Source: a bacterium (lineage in GTDB: Bacteria; Patescibacteriota; Minisyncoccia; UBA6257; Colwellbacteraceae). Taken from it: a stretch of 46,854 nt of DNA. Below the pieces are notes generated by a model that saw nothing but the letters and a program-made list of their open reading frames with translations, was not told where the DNA came from and made no database searches. Of the stretch, positions 26,923-35,744 are shown piece after piece. How positions within the stretch are numbered: the stretch's first letter is position 1; the number at the start of each line of letters is the position of its first letter. The stretch is taken from assembly GCA_029548485.1 (NCBI GenBank), contig JAKPNH010000011.1:1-46854 (forward strand). The letters are read 5' to 3'. The translations under genes and the position numbers were made by a program.

Positions 26923-27534
26923 CTATTCCAGTATTCCGTCTAAATTGACGTCGTATAATATTTCTTCGGTCACCAGGCGATAATTGATCAGCTCTTCCGG
27001 CTTGAACCAGAAATCGACTTCCATCTTCGCCTCTTCCGGAGAACCGGAAGCGTGAATGATGTTCCTCGTGACTCTTCCGTCTTCATCCGCGGCCTGATAT
27101 GAATCGATGGTGAGATCGCCGCGGATGGTTCCGACGTCGGAAACCAAAGGCTCGGTGCTACCGGTGATCTTCCTGACAACTGCCACGGCATGCATTCCCT
27201 GCCAAACCATGGCCACCACCGGCCCGGAACTCAAATATTTCTTCAATTTTCCCAAAGTGATGGCGTTCACGGCGAGCGGATCCTCCGAAGGCGGGACAAG
27301 GCCTTTGGCCTTGTAAGCCTCAATGGTCTTTTTGCCGTTCCGTTCGCGCCAGGTCGGATCCAAAGTGTAATGCCTTTCCGTGAATTCCGGGGTCGGAACG
27401 AGCATCTTGATCCCGACGAGCTTCAGTCCCGAACGCTCGTAGCGCCCGATGACTTCTCCGATCAATCCCCTTTGCACGCCGTCCGGTTTGATGACGACGA
27501 GCGTCCGCTCTTTTTTGTCTATCTGCTCCGCCAT
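26923..27534 (-). CDS. ndk: Nucleoside diphosphate kinase (long form)
   Basis: ERTLVVIKPDGVQRGL, GTIRGD and RNIIHASGS motifs. Confidence 0.95.
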   Translation of the reverse strand: MAEQIDKKERTLVVIKPDGVQRGLIGEVIGRYERSGLKLVGIKMLVPTPEFTERHYTLDPTWRERNGKKTIEAYKAKGLVPPSEDPLAVNAITLGKLKKYLSSGPVVAMVWQGMHAVAVVRKITGSTEPLVSDVGTIRGDLTIDSYQAADEDGRVTRNIIHASGSPEEAKMEVDFWFKPEELINYRLVTEEILYDVNLDGILE

Positions 27535-27573
27535 GATGATTTTATTTTTGTTTTTTTAACGACGTTTTTAATG

Positions 27574-27744
27574 CTAAAGATTCTGGAAATAAACCACTGC
27601 TTCGCGGAAAACGATGAAGCCGAACCAGAAAAGGACGACGTAAGCGGCGATGACGATCAGGATCATAAGAAGCTTGAGCGCCGCCTCGAGGACTTTGGTC
27701 AGCCATTCGCCCAGACTGTCGAACCAGCTTTTGGGTTGGATCAT
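27574..27744 (-). CDS. Small 56-aa membrane protein (not in ORF track)
   Basis: MIQPKSWFDSLGEWLTKVLEAALKLLMILIVIAAYVVLFWFGFIVFREAVVYFQNL. ATGA overlap with the aspS stop. Fills the aspS-ndk gap. Confidence 0.75.
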   Translation of the reverse strand: MIQPKSWFDSLGEWLTKVLEAALKLLMILIVIAAYVVLFWFGFIVFREAVVYFQNL

Positions 27745-29153
27745 TTTGCTTTTTTCTTGATTTCGAATCCCAATTCGTCGAGTTGCGACTTGTCGACTTC
27801 CGAAGGCGCGTCCATCATCAGGTCGCGGCCGTCGCCGGTTTTCGGGAAAGCGATCACCTCCCTGATATTCGGTTCGTTCTGCATGACCATGACGAACCGA
27901 TCGATGCCCGGAGCGATCCCGCCGTGCGGCGGAACTCCGTATCGGAAAGCCTCAAGCATGTGGCCGAACCGCTCTCTCACGGTTTCCGGATCGTTTCCCA
28001 TGGCCTCGAAAACCGCCTCGAGCAATTCCGGTTCGTGGATCCTGATGGACCCGCCGCCGATCTCGTAGCCGTTAAGGACGAAATCGTATTGCTTGGCGGG
28101 TATTGCCCCCGGGTCTTTTTTGAACATTTCCTTGAATTCGGCCACGTTTTTCACTTTCGGTTGGGTAAAAGGATGGTGCACCGCGTCCCAGCGACTTTCC
28201 GTCTCTTTCCATTCGAAAGCCGGAAAATCGACGACGAAAAGAAACGCCAGTTCGTCCGGATCGTTCTTGTTCTCGCGGACATCCGGCTTGTCGCTTCCGT
28301 ATTTCTCCATCGCCTCCTTGTAGGTCATCACCGGAATGCGGCCGTCCGAACCGAGTCTCACTTTTTTCCCGGGATAAAGATCGGCCACGAGGCCGAGATA
28401 GAGCTCTTCCGCGAGAGCCATCACCTCTTTCTCGTCAACAAAGCTCATCTCGATATCGAGCTGGGTGAATTCCGGCTGGCGGTCGCCGCGCGAATCCTCG
28501 TCCCGGAAACACCGGGCGATCTGGAAATATCTCTCGAAGCCGGCGACCATCAAAAGCTGCTTATACTGCTGGGGCGACTGCGGCAAGGCGTAAAATTTTC
28601 CCGGATAAACGCGCGAAGGCACGAGATAATCCCTCGCTCCTTCGGGCGTGGATTTGCTGATGATCGGAGTCTCGATCTCCACGAAATCTTTCTTGGCGAG
28701 AAAATCGCGCATGTAACGGATGATCTTGTTGCGGTTCCTCATGTTTTCCGCCATCCTTTTCCGCCGCAGATCGAGATAACGGTATTTCATCCTGACGTCT
28801 TCGCTAATCTCGCGGCCGTCGGTGTCGATCTCGAAAGGCGGGGTTTTGGCTTCGCTGATCACTTCGAATTCCTTCACCTGGATTTCTATCCGGCCGGTTT
28901 CTATTTCCGAGTTGACCATCGCTTCCGGCCTTTCGGCCACCGTTCCTTTTATTCCGATCACCCATTCGAGCCTCAAATTCTGGGCCTCGCCGTAGCCGGT
29001 TATGCCCGGAGTGAAAACCAACTGAACCAAGCCGCTCCTGTCCCGAAGGTCGATAAAAATAAGCTTGCCGTGATCGCGCCTGGCGTGAACCCAGCCCTTG
29101 AGCTCGACCTCTTCTCCGATTTTAGATACGGCTTCTCCGTTCAAAATTCGCAT
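27741..29153 (-). CDS. aspS: Aspartate--tRNA ligase, bacterial type lacking the GAD insertion domain
   Basis: RRDHGKLIFIDLRD, LPQSPQQYKQ, CFRDED, HHPFT and PPHGGIAPGIDR motifs. 470 aa. Confidence 0.95.
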   Translation of the reverse strand: MRILNGEAVSKIGEEVELKGWVHARRDHGKLIFIDLRDRSGLVQLVFTPGITGYGEAQNLRLEWVIGIKGTVAERPEAMVNSEIETGRIEIQVKEFEVISEAKTPPFEIDTDGREISEDVRMKYRYLDLRRKRMAENMRNRNKIIRYMRDFLAKKDFVEIETPIISKSTPEGARDYLVPSRVYPGKFYALPQSPQQYKQLLMVAGFERYFQIARCFRDEDSRGDRQPEFTQLDIEMSFVDEKEVMALAEELYLGLVADLYPGKKVRLGSDGRIPVMTYKEAMEKYGSDKPDVRENKNDPDELAFLFVVDFPAFEWKETESRWDAVHHPFTQPKVKNVAEFKEMFKKDPGAIPAKQYDFVLNGYEIGGGSIRIHEPELLEAVFEAMGNDPETVRERFGHMLEAFRYGVPPHGGIAPGIDRFVMVMQNEPNIREVIAFPKTGDGRDLMMDAPSEVDKSQLDELGFEIKKKAK

Positions 29154-29166
29154 TGGTTTCAGTATA

Positions 29167-30000
29167 TCACCGGATTTTCATAAATTTAAAGCCCTCTTTC
29201 CCAAAAACCAATTTGACGGTTCCCAAGAGGTCCGTACGGTAGACTTCGGCGCCGGACTTTGCGAGTCGCTCCACCGCTTCCGGAGCCGGATGGCCGTATG
29301 AGTTTTTCCCGACTTCGATCACGGCCGCGGTCGGCCGGACTTCGTTCAAAAACTCTTCGGACGAAGAATACTTTGATCCGTGGTGCCCGACTTTCAGCAC
29401 CTCGGCGGAAACGTCTCGTTTTTTCGTTATTCTTTTCTCGGTCGCCGCGCCGATGTCTCCGGTGAAAAGAACTTTGCCGAAACCGGTATCGAGCAAAAGC
29501 ACCAGAGACGATTCGTTGACGTCTTCCGATCCCTCGCTTCCCGGAGACAGAACTTCGATGCGGGAATCCCCGAAAACAATCCGGTCTCCTTGTTTCAGGC
29601 CGATCGTCGGAACGCCTTCTTCCAAAAGATGTTCCAGCCATTCTTTCAAAACCCGATTACTTTCCTGTTCTTCGGCGTAGATAAAGATACCTATTTCGTA
29701 GCTTTTGAGAACCTCTCTCAATCCGTCGAGATGATCGGCCTGTGGATGGCTCAAAAACACCATATCGAGATATCGCCTCGAAGCCCCCGAAGTCTGGTCG
29801 AGCTCGTAAAGGACTTTCTTGTCCGGTCCTCCGTCGATCAAAAAATTCGCGCCTCGGAGACTGATAAGTTCGCTGTCTCCCTGGCCCACGTCCAAAAAAT
29901 AAACTTGCTTTTCCGATAGCCCCGCGTTCAGAAAACCGGTTTCCCGGAAAACCAAGATATTACATAAAACGAGCGCTAAGATTAATAACGCTTTCCGCAT
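29167..30000 (-). CDS. ComEC/Rec2-type metallo-beta-lactamase domain protein (stand-alone, membrane-anchored)
   Basis: FLDVGQGDS, LIDGG, SHPQADH, LFTGD, LKVGHHGS and NSYGHP motifs. Confidence 0.9.
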   Translation of the reverse strand: MRKALLILALVLCNILVFRETGFLNAGLSEKQVYFLDVGQGDSELISLRGANFLIDGGPDKKVLYELDQTSGASRRYLDMVFLSHPQADHLDGLREVLKSYEIGIFIYAEEQESNRVLKEWLEHLLEEGVPTIGLKQGDRIVFGDSRIEVLSPGSEGSEDVNESSLVLLLDTGFGKVLFTGDIGAATEKRITKKRDVSAEVLKVGHHGSKYSSSEEFLNEVRPTAAVIEVGKNSYGHPAPEAVERLAKSGAEVYRTDLLGTVKLVFGKEGFKFMKIR

Positions 30001-31261
30001 AGCTTAATGATATCCGAAGAAGGAAAGCGAAGATAACGGCCAAAGGGAGAGAGATCACCGACGCAAAAGCGACGATAAACCCGAGAAGCATGATCAACGG
30101 CACCGCGGGCAAAATCAAAATGTTCGGGAAAATCGCCAAAGGGCTGAACCCGCCGGTTTTGAAAAACAAAAGCGGGGCGACCATTATCTGGGCCGAAAGC
30201 GTCTGAACGGCGTTTTCTTTCCAGCCGCAAAATCCCCTGTCTTCGAAACGCAGTTTTTCCTTCAAGAAAGACGCGAGGCAGCTCACTCCGAAAAACGCGA
30301 GAAAAGACAATTGGAAACCGAGATCGAAGACGATAAAACGGGGGTTATAAAGCGACATCAAAAGCCCGGTGAAAGCGACCGTGTTTTTCATCGAATAAAA
30401 ACGGCTGTTTTCTTTCGCCATCATCGAAAGCACGGCCATTATCCCGGCTCTCGTGACCGAAGCGCCGGCGCCGGTCATGAGGACAAACCCGGAAACGACG
30501 AGAACCGATAAAAAGAAACTCCTCCGCCTCAAGCCGAGGGACGACAGGAATATTCGGACTCCTTGGACGACGATCAAGACGTTGTATCCGGACAAAGCCA
30601 CCAAATGGCTGGTGCCGGTTTTCTTCAGGTTGTCCGCAAAACCCTGATCGATCAGGCTTTCGTCGCCGAACATCATGGCGATCGAGAAACCCGCTTCGGA
30701 AACCGGCAAAACCCGGCGCAAGCCCGAAACCAGAGAATCCTTGAATCCGAAAAGCGCTTTCATAAGAGAAGATCCTTGGCTCTTTTGAAGCAAAACGACT
30801 TCCGGGAAACTGATACCGTAGCCGCCGTAACCGTTTTCTTTTATCGAGCCCGTCACCCGAAGCAAGTCGCCGTAAGCGTATTCCGGATACAAACGGCTGT
30901 AGCTCGCGACTTCCCCTTTCCAGGGAGGCTCGAGTCCGAGCCGGAAAACTTGGGATTTTTCCCTTGATTCCGGTTCGGCGATCACTTTGGCGACGAACGT
31001 CGTTTCTTCGCCGAGCGGAATCCGCGGCAAAGACAAAGATTCGCGGAAATGAAAGTAAAAACATCCGAGAAGGATCAATAACGCCAACCGGGCCAAAGTT
31101 TTCCATTTTCTGCTTCGGCGGATTTCCGCCAACCATAAAAAACCGCCGCTCGAAGCGGCGACCAAAGCCAAAACCGAAACTCCCCCGACGTTGAAACTCG
31201 CCAGGAAAACGCCCGCCAAGAAGAAAAGCGAAGCGTAGAAAAACATTTCCGCCGGCTTCAT
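29960..31261 (-). CDS. comEC: ComEC competence membrane channel (OB plus Competence domains; start reassigned to ATG 31261)
   Basis: GTSHLVALSGYN, TGAGASVTRAGIM and DLGFQLSFLA motifs. ATGA overlap with the mnmA stop. Confidence 0.9.
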   Translation of the reverse strand: MKPAEMFFYASLFFLAGVFLASFNVGGVSVLALVAASSGGFLWLAEIRRSRKWKTLARLALLILLGCFYFHFRESLSLPRIPLGEETTFVAKVIAEPESREKSQVFRLGLEPPWKGEVASYSRLYPEYAYGDLLRVTGSIKENGYGGYGISFPEVVLLQKSQGSSLMKALFGFKDSLVSGLRRVLPVSEAGFSIAMMFGDESLIDQGFADNLKKTGTSHLVALSGYNVLIVVQGVRIFLSSLGLRRRSFFLSVLVVSGFVLMTGAGASVTRAGIMAVLSMMAKENSRFYSMKNTVAFTGLLMSLYNPRFIVFDLGFQLSFLAFFGVSCLASFLKEKLRFEDRGFCGWKENAVQTLSAQIMVAPLLFFKTGGFSPLAIFPNILILPAVPLIMLLGFIVAFASVISLPLAVIFAFLLRISLSYAESVINLSARFM

Positions 31262-32301
31262 TTGATTATTCCCCCGCCGAGCAGTTTTCCTTTCTTGTCG
31301 TACAAGACCGCGGATTGTCCTTCGGCCACGAACTTCTGGGGTTTGGCGGCCCGCAAAAACCATTTATTTTTTTCTCGGTACGCCTTGACTCCGAAAAGCG
31401 GCTGCCTGTATCTAACGCGGCAAAGGATATTTCCCCCGACGATCTCTTTTTCCGGCGCCAGCCAATTCGTTTCTCCGATTTCGAATTCGTTTTTGAACAA
31501 AAGCTTGCTTTTGGCCGGGACAGCCACGATGGTGTTTTTCTCCGTATCTTTTGCGGCCACGTAAAGCGGTTCTTTCCCCGGAATGCCTAACCCGTGCCTC
31601 TGGCCGATCGTGTAATACCAAGCTCCCTGGTGCCGGCCGATCTCTTTTCCGGATTCGTCGAGTACCAATCCTTCTTGCGGCGGAATGAAAAGCTTCAGAA
31701 AATCGTCTATTGACACTTTCCCCAAAAAGCAAATACCCTGGGAGTCTTTTTTCTCGGCCGCGAGGATGCCGGCTTTCTTGGCGATCTTCCTCACTTCGGA
31801 TTTCAAAAGCCCGCCCACCGGAAAAAGGCAATATTCCAAATCCTCTTTTTTGATCGCCCACAAAAAATACGTCTGGTCCTTGTTTTTGTCTTTGGCCGCG
31901 AAAACGGCCTTGGTTTTCGGATCGATGACGGCGTAATGGCCGGTGGCGATACGATCGGCGCCTAATTTTTTCGCCCTTTCCAGGAAAAGCCCGAATTTGA
32001 TTTCCTTGTTGCACATCACGTCCGGGTTAGGAGTGAGGCCTTTTCTGTATCCTTCGACCATGTAGTCCACCACCCGGCGTTCGTATTCTTCCCGGAAATC
32101 CCAAACGTAAAAAGGGATGCCTATTTTTTCGGCGATCCTTCTCGCGTCCTCGCTGTCTTTTTCGTCGCAGCCGTCGATGTTGTATCCGGCCATGAAAACT
32201 CCGACCGCATCGTACCCTCGGCGCTTCAGCAAATAGGCGGAGACGCTCGAATCCACTCCGCCGGATATGGCAACGAAAACTCTTTTTCCGGGACGAGACA
32301 T
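31258..32301 (-). CDS. mnmA: tRNA 2-thiouridylase MnmA
   Basis: SGGVDSS, TPNPDVMCN, ATGHYA, KDQTYFL, DSQGICF and TIGQR motifs. Confidence 0.96.
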   Translation of the reverse strand: MSRPGKRVFVAISGGVDSSVSAYLLKRRGYDAVGVFMAGYNIDGCDEKDSEDARRIAEKIGIPFYVWDFREEYERRVVDYMVEGYRKGLTPNPDVMCNKEIKFGLFLERAKKLGADRIATGHYAVIDPKTKAVFAAKDKNKDQTYFLWAIKKEDLEYCLFPVGGLLKSEVRKIAKKAGILAAEKKDSQGICFLGKVSIDDFLKLFIPPQEGLVLDESGKEIGRHQGAWYYTIGQRHGLGIPGKEPLYVAAKDTEKNTIVAVPAKSKLLFKNEFEIGETNWLAPEKEIVGGNILCRVRYRQPLFGVKAYREKNKWFLRAAKPQKFVAEGQSAVLYDKKGKLLGGGIIK

Positions 32302-32338
32302 TTTACGGAAACATTCGATCGCGGACCCGCCGCGAAAG

Positions 32339-32911
32339 TTATTTTGTTTTCTCCACCCTTTCGACGTATTCTCCGGTTTCGGTGTTCACGCGGACAACGT
32401 CCCCCTGGTTGATGAAAAGCGGAGCGTTGATCTTGGCGCCGCCCTGTAAAGTCACCATTTTGGCGCCTCCTTGGGCGGTATTGCCTTTGATCGAAGGCGG
32501 AGCCTCGAGGACTTCGAGCTCCATCTTGATCGGGATCTGGATCTTGATCGGCTTGCTCTCAAGCATGAAAGCGACGACTTCGGTCTGCGGCTTCAAGAAT
32601 TGGCCGCTCGAGCCCAAGATTTCTTCGGAAATCATAAAGCGGTTTTTCGGGTTGCCTTTTTCCTGGAACCAATATTCTCCCCGATGGTTGTAAAGAAAAA
32701 CCGCCTCCATCCGTTCGATGTCGACTTCTTCGATGGCGTCCGACGCCTGCCAGGTACGTTCGACGACCTTGCCGCTCACGAGATTCTTCAATTTGGTCGT
32801 CACCACCGCTTTTCTTTGCTGCATTCTCATGAAGGACACGTCGATCACCTCGAATATCTCGCGGTTGAAGCGGATGATCATGCTTTTTTTCAGATTGGTG
32901 TAGGAAATCAT
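32339..32911 (-). CDS. efp: Elongation factor P with atypical loop (RMQQRK)
   Basis: KLKNLVSG, 'PPSIKGNTA' and 'PLFINQGDVVRVNTETGEYVER' motifs. Confidence 0.93.
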   Translation of the reverse strand: MISYTNLKKSMIIRFNREIFEVIDVSFMRMQQRKAVVTTKLKNLVSGKVVERTWQASDAIEEVDIERMEAVFLYNHRGEYWFQEKGNPKNRFMISEEILGSSGQFLKPQTEVVAFMLESKPIKIQIPIKMELEVLEAPPSIKGNTAQGGAKMVTLQGGAKINAPLFINQGDVVRVNTETGEYVERVEKTK

Positions 32912-32912
32912 G

Positions 32913-34382
32913 TTATGGTTTCGCTTCTTCGGAATCGGCGTTTTTATCCTGCGGGGTTTCGGGCTGACCCGCGTTCGATCCGAGAGCGTCGCTCAAGGCC
33001 TTTCTCAAATCGTCGATGATGATAGGCTTTCTTTCTTTCGGACGCAAGAGCTGGTTTATCGGAAGCTCGCTCCGGCGTTCGGCTTTTTCCTCGACGACGT
33101 CTTCCCGCCTGGTCCATTCTTCGGCGATCTGCTTTTCGACGGTCGCTTTGGGCGTGCCGTACTTTTTCCGGCTCTGTTCGATTATGATCTCGCCGAAAGA
33201 CTCCGTCGGCTTCAAAGCCGGAGGCAGGTTCTGGATCGAGAAGGGCCGCGAAGGAGATCCGTCGATGATCATTTTGATATAGGCGTGCCAATTGCTTAAA
33301 TTGACCAGATCCTTGTCTTCGAATTCCGGCAAGAATTCCTTTTCCAGGAATTCGGCGTCTTCGGCGCCGACGCGGAAAACGATCATCGTGCCGACGTTGC
33401 CGATAATAGCCGCTTTGACCAAGTCGGTAAGCTGCTCCAGGTACTGGTGCGCCAGGACCAGGCTCAAGCGGTATTTTCTCGCTTCGGAGAGGACCACGGC
33501 GAAAGAATCAGTGGAAAAATTCTGGAACTCGTCGATATAAAGGAAAAAGTCGCGGCGTTCCGCTTCCGGGACGTCGGCGCGGCTCATGGCCGCCTGTTGG
33601 AGCTTGGTGATGAGCATCGCTCCCAAAAGGTTGGAATTGTCCTCGCCGATCTTTCCGCGGGCCAGATTGGCGATCAATATTTTCCCCTCGTCCATGACGC
33701 TCCTCATATTGAGGCCGGAAATCTGCTGTCCGATGACGTTTCTGATCAAAGGGTTGGCGACGAACTGCCCGACTTTGTTCTGGATGGCGCCAACCGCTTC
33801 GGTGGCGTAACGATCCGTGTATCTGGCGAATTCGTTCACCCAGAAGCTCTTGACCACCGGGTCTTCCAAGCGGTCGACCACGGTCTCCCGGTATTTTTTC
33901 TCGGCGAGCATTCTCATGATGCCGAGCAGGGTCGAACCCGGATATTCCAAAAGAGCGAGCAAGGTGTTGTTCAAAATATATTCCATCCTGGCGGACCAGA
34001 CGTCCGGCCAGATCTTCTTGAAAACGGACATGATGCCCGAAGCCACCAGGTGCCGGTGCTCTCCGTGGACGTTTTCCAGGGCGTTGAATCCTATCGGAAA
34101 ATCCGTGTCCGCCGGATTGAAATAGATGACGTCGTTGATCCGCTCCGCCGGAATGAAGCCAAGCAGTTTTTCGGCGGCGTCTCCGTGGGGGTCGAACCAG
34201 GCGGCTCCATGCCCGGCCTGGACGTCTTCGATGAACATCCTCTCCATCATCGTCGTCTTGCCGACGCCGCTTTTCCCGATCATATACATGTGGCGCCGGC
34301 GGTCGTCGGTCTTGATGCCGAATTTGACCACGCGATTCCGGAAATTGGTCTGGCCGAAATAGATTACCTCGTTCGTGTCCAT
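32913..34382 (-). CDS. VirD4/TraD/TrwB-like (FtsK-HerA superfamily) ATPase without TM segments
   Basis: 'RRRHMYMIGKSGVGKT' Walker A, FDPHGD, 'FLYIDEFQNF' Walker B and 'EARKYRLSLVLAHQ'. Confidence 0.88.
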   Translation of the reverse strand: MDTNEVIYFGQTNFRNRVVKFGIKTDDRRRHMYMIGKSGVGKTTMMERMFIEDVQAGHGAAWFDPHGDAAEKLLGFIPAERINDVIYFNPADTDFPIGFNALENVHGEHRHLVASGIMSVFKKIWPDVWSARMEYILNNTLLALLEYPGSTLLGIMRMLAEKKYRETVVDRLEDPVVKSFWVNEFARYTDRYATEAVGAIQNKVGQFVANPLIRNVIGQQISGLNMRSVMDEGKILIANLARGKIGEDNSNLLGAMLITKLQQAAMSRADVPEAERRDFFLYIDEFQNFSTDSFAVVLSEARKYRLSLVLAHQYLEQLTDLVKAAIIGNVGTMIVFRVGAEDAEFLEKEFLPEFEDKDLVNLSNWHAYIKMIIDGSPSRPFSIQNLPPALKPTESFGEIIIEQSRKKYGTPKATVEKQIAEEWTRREDVVEEKAERRSELPINQLLRPKERKPIIIDDLRKALSDALGSNAGQPETPQDKNADSEEAKP

Positions 34383-34418
34383 GTCTTATGGAATTATAAC
34401 CTTGTAAAGGATTCGGAG

Positions 34419-35744
34419 CTATTCTTCGATCGGCAGATTGGCCGGAGCTTCAGCTTTGACCGCTTCGGTTTTGACGATTCCGGGAGCGCCGACGTCGGTC
34501 ACCGGGAAATGGTAGATGGTCGCCAGTTCCTCGACGTTCCACAAAGAAATCTCCGGCACGCGATCCTTGAGATAAGGCGTGTAGAATTGCTCCAATGGAG
34601 AACGCATGTCGAATTTCCTGTTGATGAAATGTCTGTAAACGGATTTCTTTTTCTTGAACAAAGTCCTGTCCCTGAAAAGGAACCTCGGCTTTTTGGTGAA
34701 GGTCGTCGGGTCGGGCCTCATGAAATTCAGATGCCCCACCGAGAAGATCTGGAAAGAAGAAACAAGGGCGAAAAACTTCCCCCTGTCGGCGATGCTTTTC
34801 CGGGCGATGTAGACGAACCGCGGGATCGCTCTAAAAACCAGTTTCGAGGCTTTGGCGTTCGCCGCCCGGATCTGGTCTTTTTCCTCGGCCGTCAGCTCGT
34901 CGTCTTTTTTCTTGATGAGTTTCAATTTCCCGGTTTTGGGATCGATTTCGTCGCCGGTTTTATAGGCGATTTTTTTGATATATGCCTCGGATATTTTCTT
35001 GAAGTCGCCGCTGTTATAGGGCTGCATCAATACCTGGTACCAGATATGTTCGCCTTCTTTCAAATTGGCCATGGCTTCCAAAAGCCCGGAAATCGGGTCG
35101 ATTTTCTCGACGTCGAACCGGAAACGGCTGATGGTGGCGCCTCCGGAAAAATCGGTGTAAGTCCTCATCGGCAAGGCGTTGCTAAGGCCTTTTTTTCCGA
35201 GGATCATGTCCGCTCCGAAAACGTCGTACTCGTCGTTCGGCAGATCCGGCGGCAGGATCTTGGTATAATCTTCGGTTTCGGAGATTTCGGCTTCCGGATA
35301 CTGTCCGTAGATCGCCGACTGCACGGTGTTTTTGTCTTTGGTCGGAAAATAAAAAATAAACCTTATCTGGTTGTGGGAGGCGGCGATCTCCGCCGAAATC
35401 CAATCTTCGATCTTTCCTTCGAGAACGACTTCTTCCGGCTTCAAGCCGAAGCTGTAAATGCCGAAGATGTTCGCGAAAACCTGTTCCATGGACTTGGGAG
35501 ACTTGATGTTTTCCCGCGGAACCTTTATTTCCACGCTCATCCAAGGCAGTTTTTTCAAATAATCCGTCTGGATGGTGTCCATCCACCAAAGCCTGAAAAA
35601 GCGGTAAAGCGCCGTGAAGATGATAAGGAGAACTCCGCCGATGACGATCGTCTCGATGACGATCAAGTAGCTCCCCTCGGTGAAATGCACGAGGTTCGAT
35701 ATGAAATTGATTATGAATTTGACGGCGTTTTCTATGCTGACCAT
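34419..35744 (-). CDS. Single-TM conserved hypothetical protein, likely membrane partner of the VirD4-like ATPase
   Basis: N-terminal TM, then 'EIKVPRE..KSPKSMEQVF', 'AIYGQYPEAEI', 'IDPISGLLEAM' and 'EELATIYHFP' motifs. Directly upstream of the ATPase. Confidence 0.75.
   Translation of the reverse strand: MVSIENAVKFIINFISNLVHFTEGSYLIVIETIVIGGVLLIIFTALYRFFRLWWMDTIQTDYLKKLPWMSVEIKVPRENIKSPKSMEQVFANIFGIYSFGLKPEEVVLEGKIEDWISAEIAASHNQIRFIFYFPTKDKNTVQSAIYGQYPEAEISETEDYTKILPPDLPNDEYDVFGADMILGKKGLSNALPMRTYTDFSGGATISRFRFDVEKIDPISGLLEAMANLKEGEHIWYQVLMQPYNSGDFKKISEAYIKKIAYKTGDEIDPKTGKLKLIKKKDDELTAEEKDQIRAANAKASKLVFRAIPRFVYIARKSIADRGKFFALVSSFQIFSVGHLNFMRPDPTTFTKKPRFLFRDRTLFKKKKSVYRHFINRKFDMRSPLEQFYTPYLKDRVPEISLWNVEELATIYHFPVTDVGAPGIVKTEAVKAEAPANLPIEE

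Noticed and set aside
26741..26983. 80-aa plus-strand ORF
   Set aside because: Overlaps the structured RNA and the ndk 3' end on the opposite strand. TTG start and no protein-like features.
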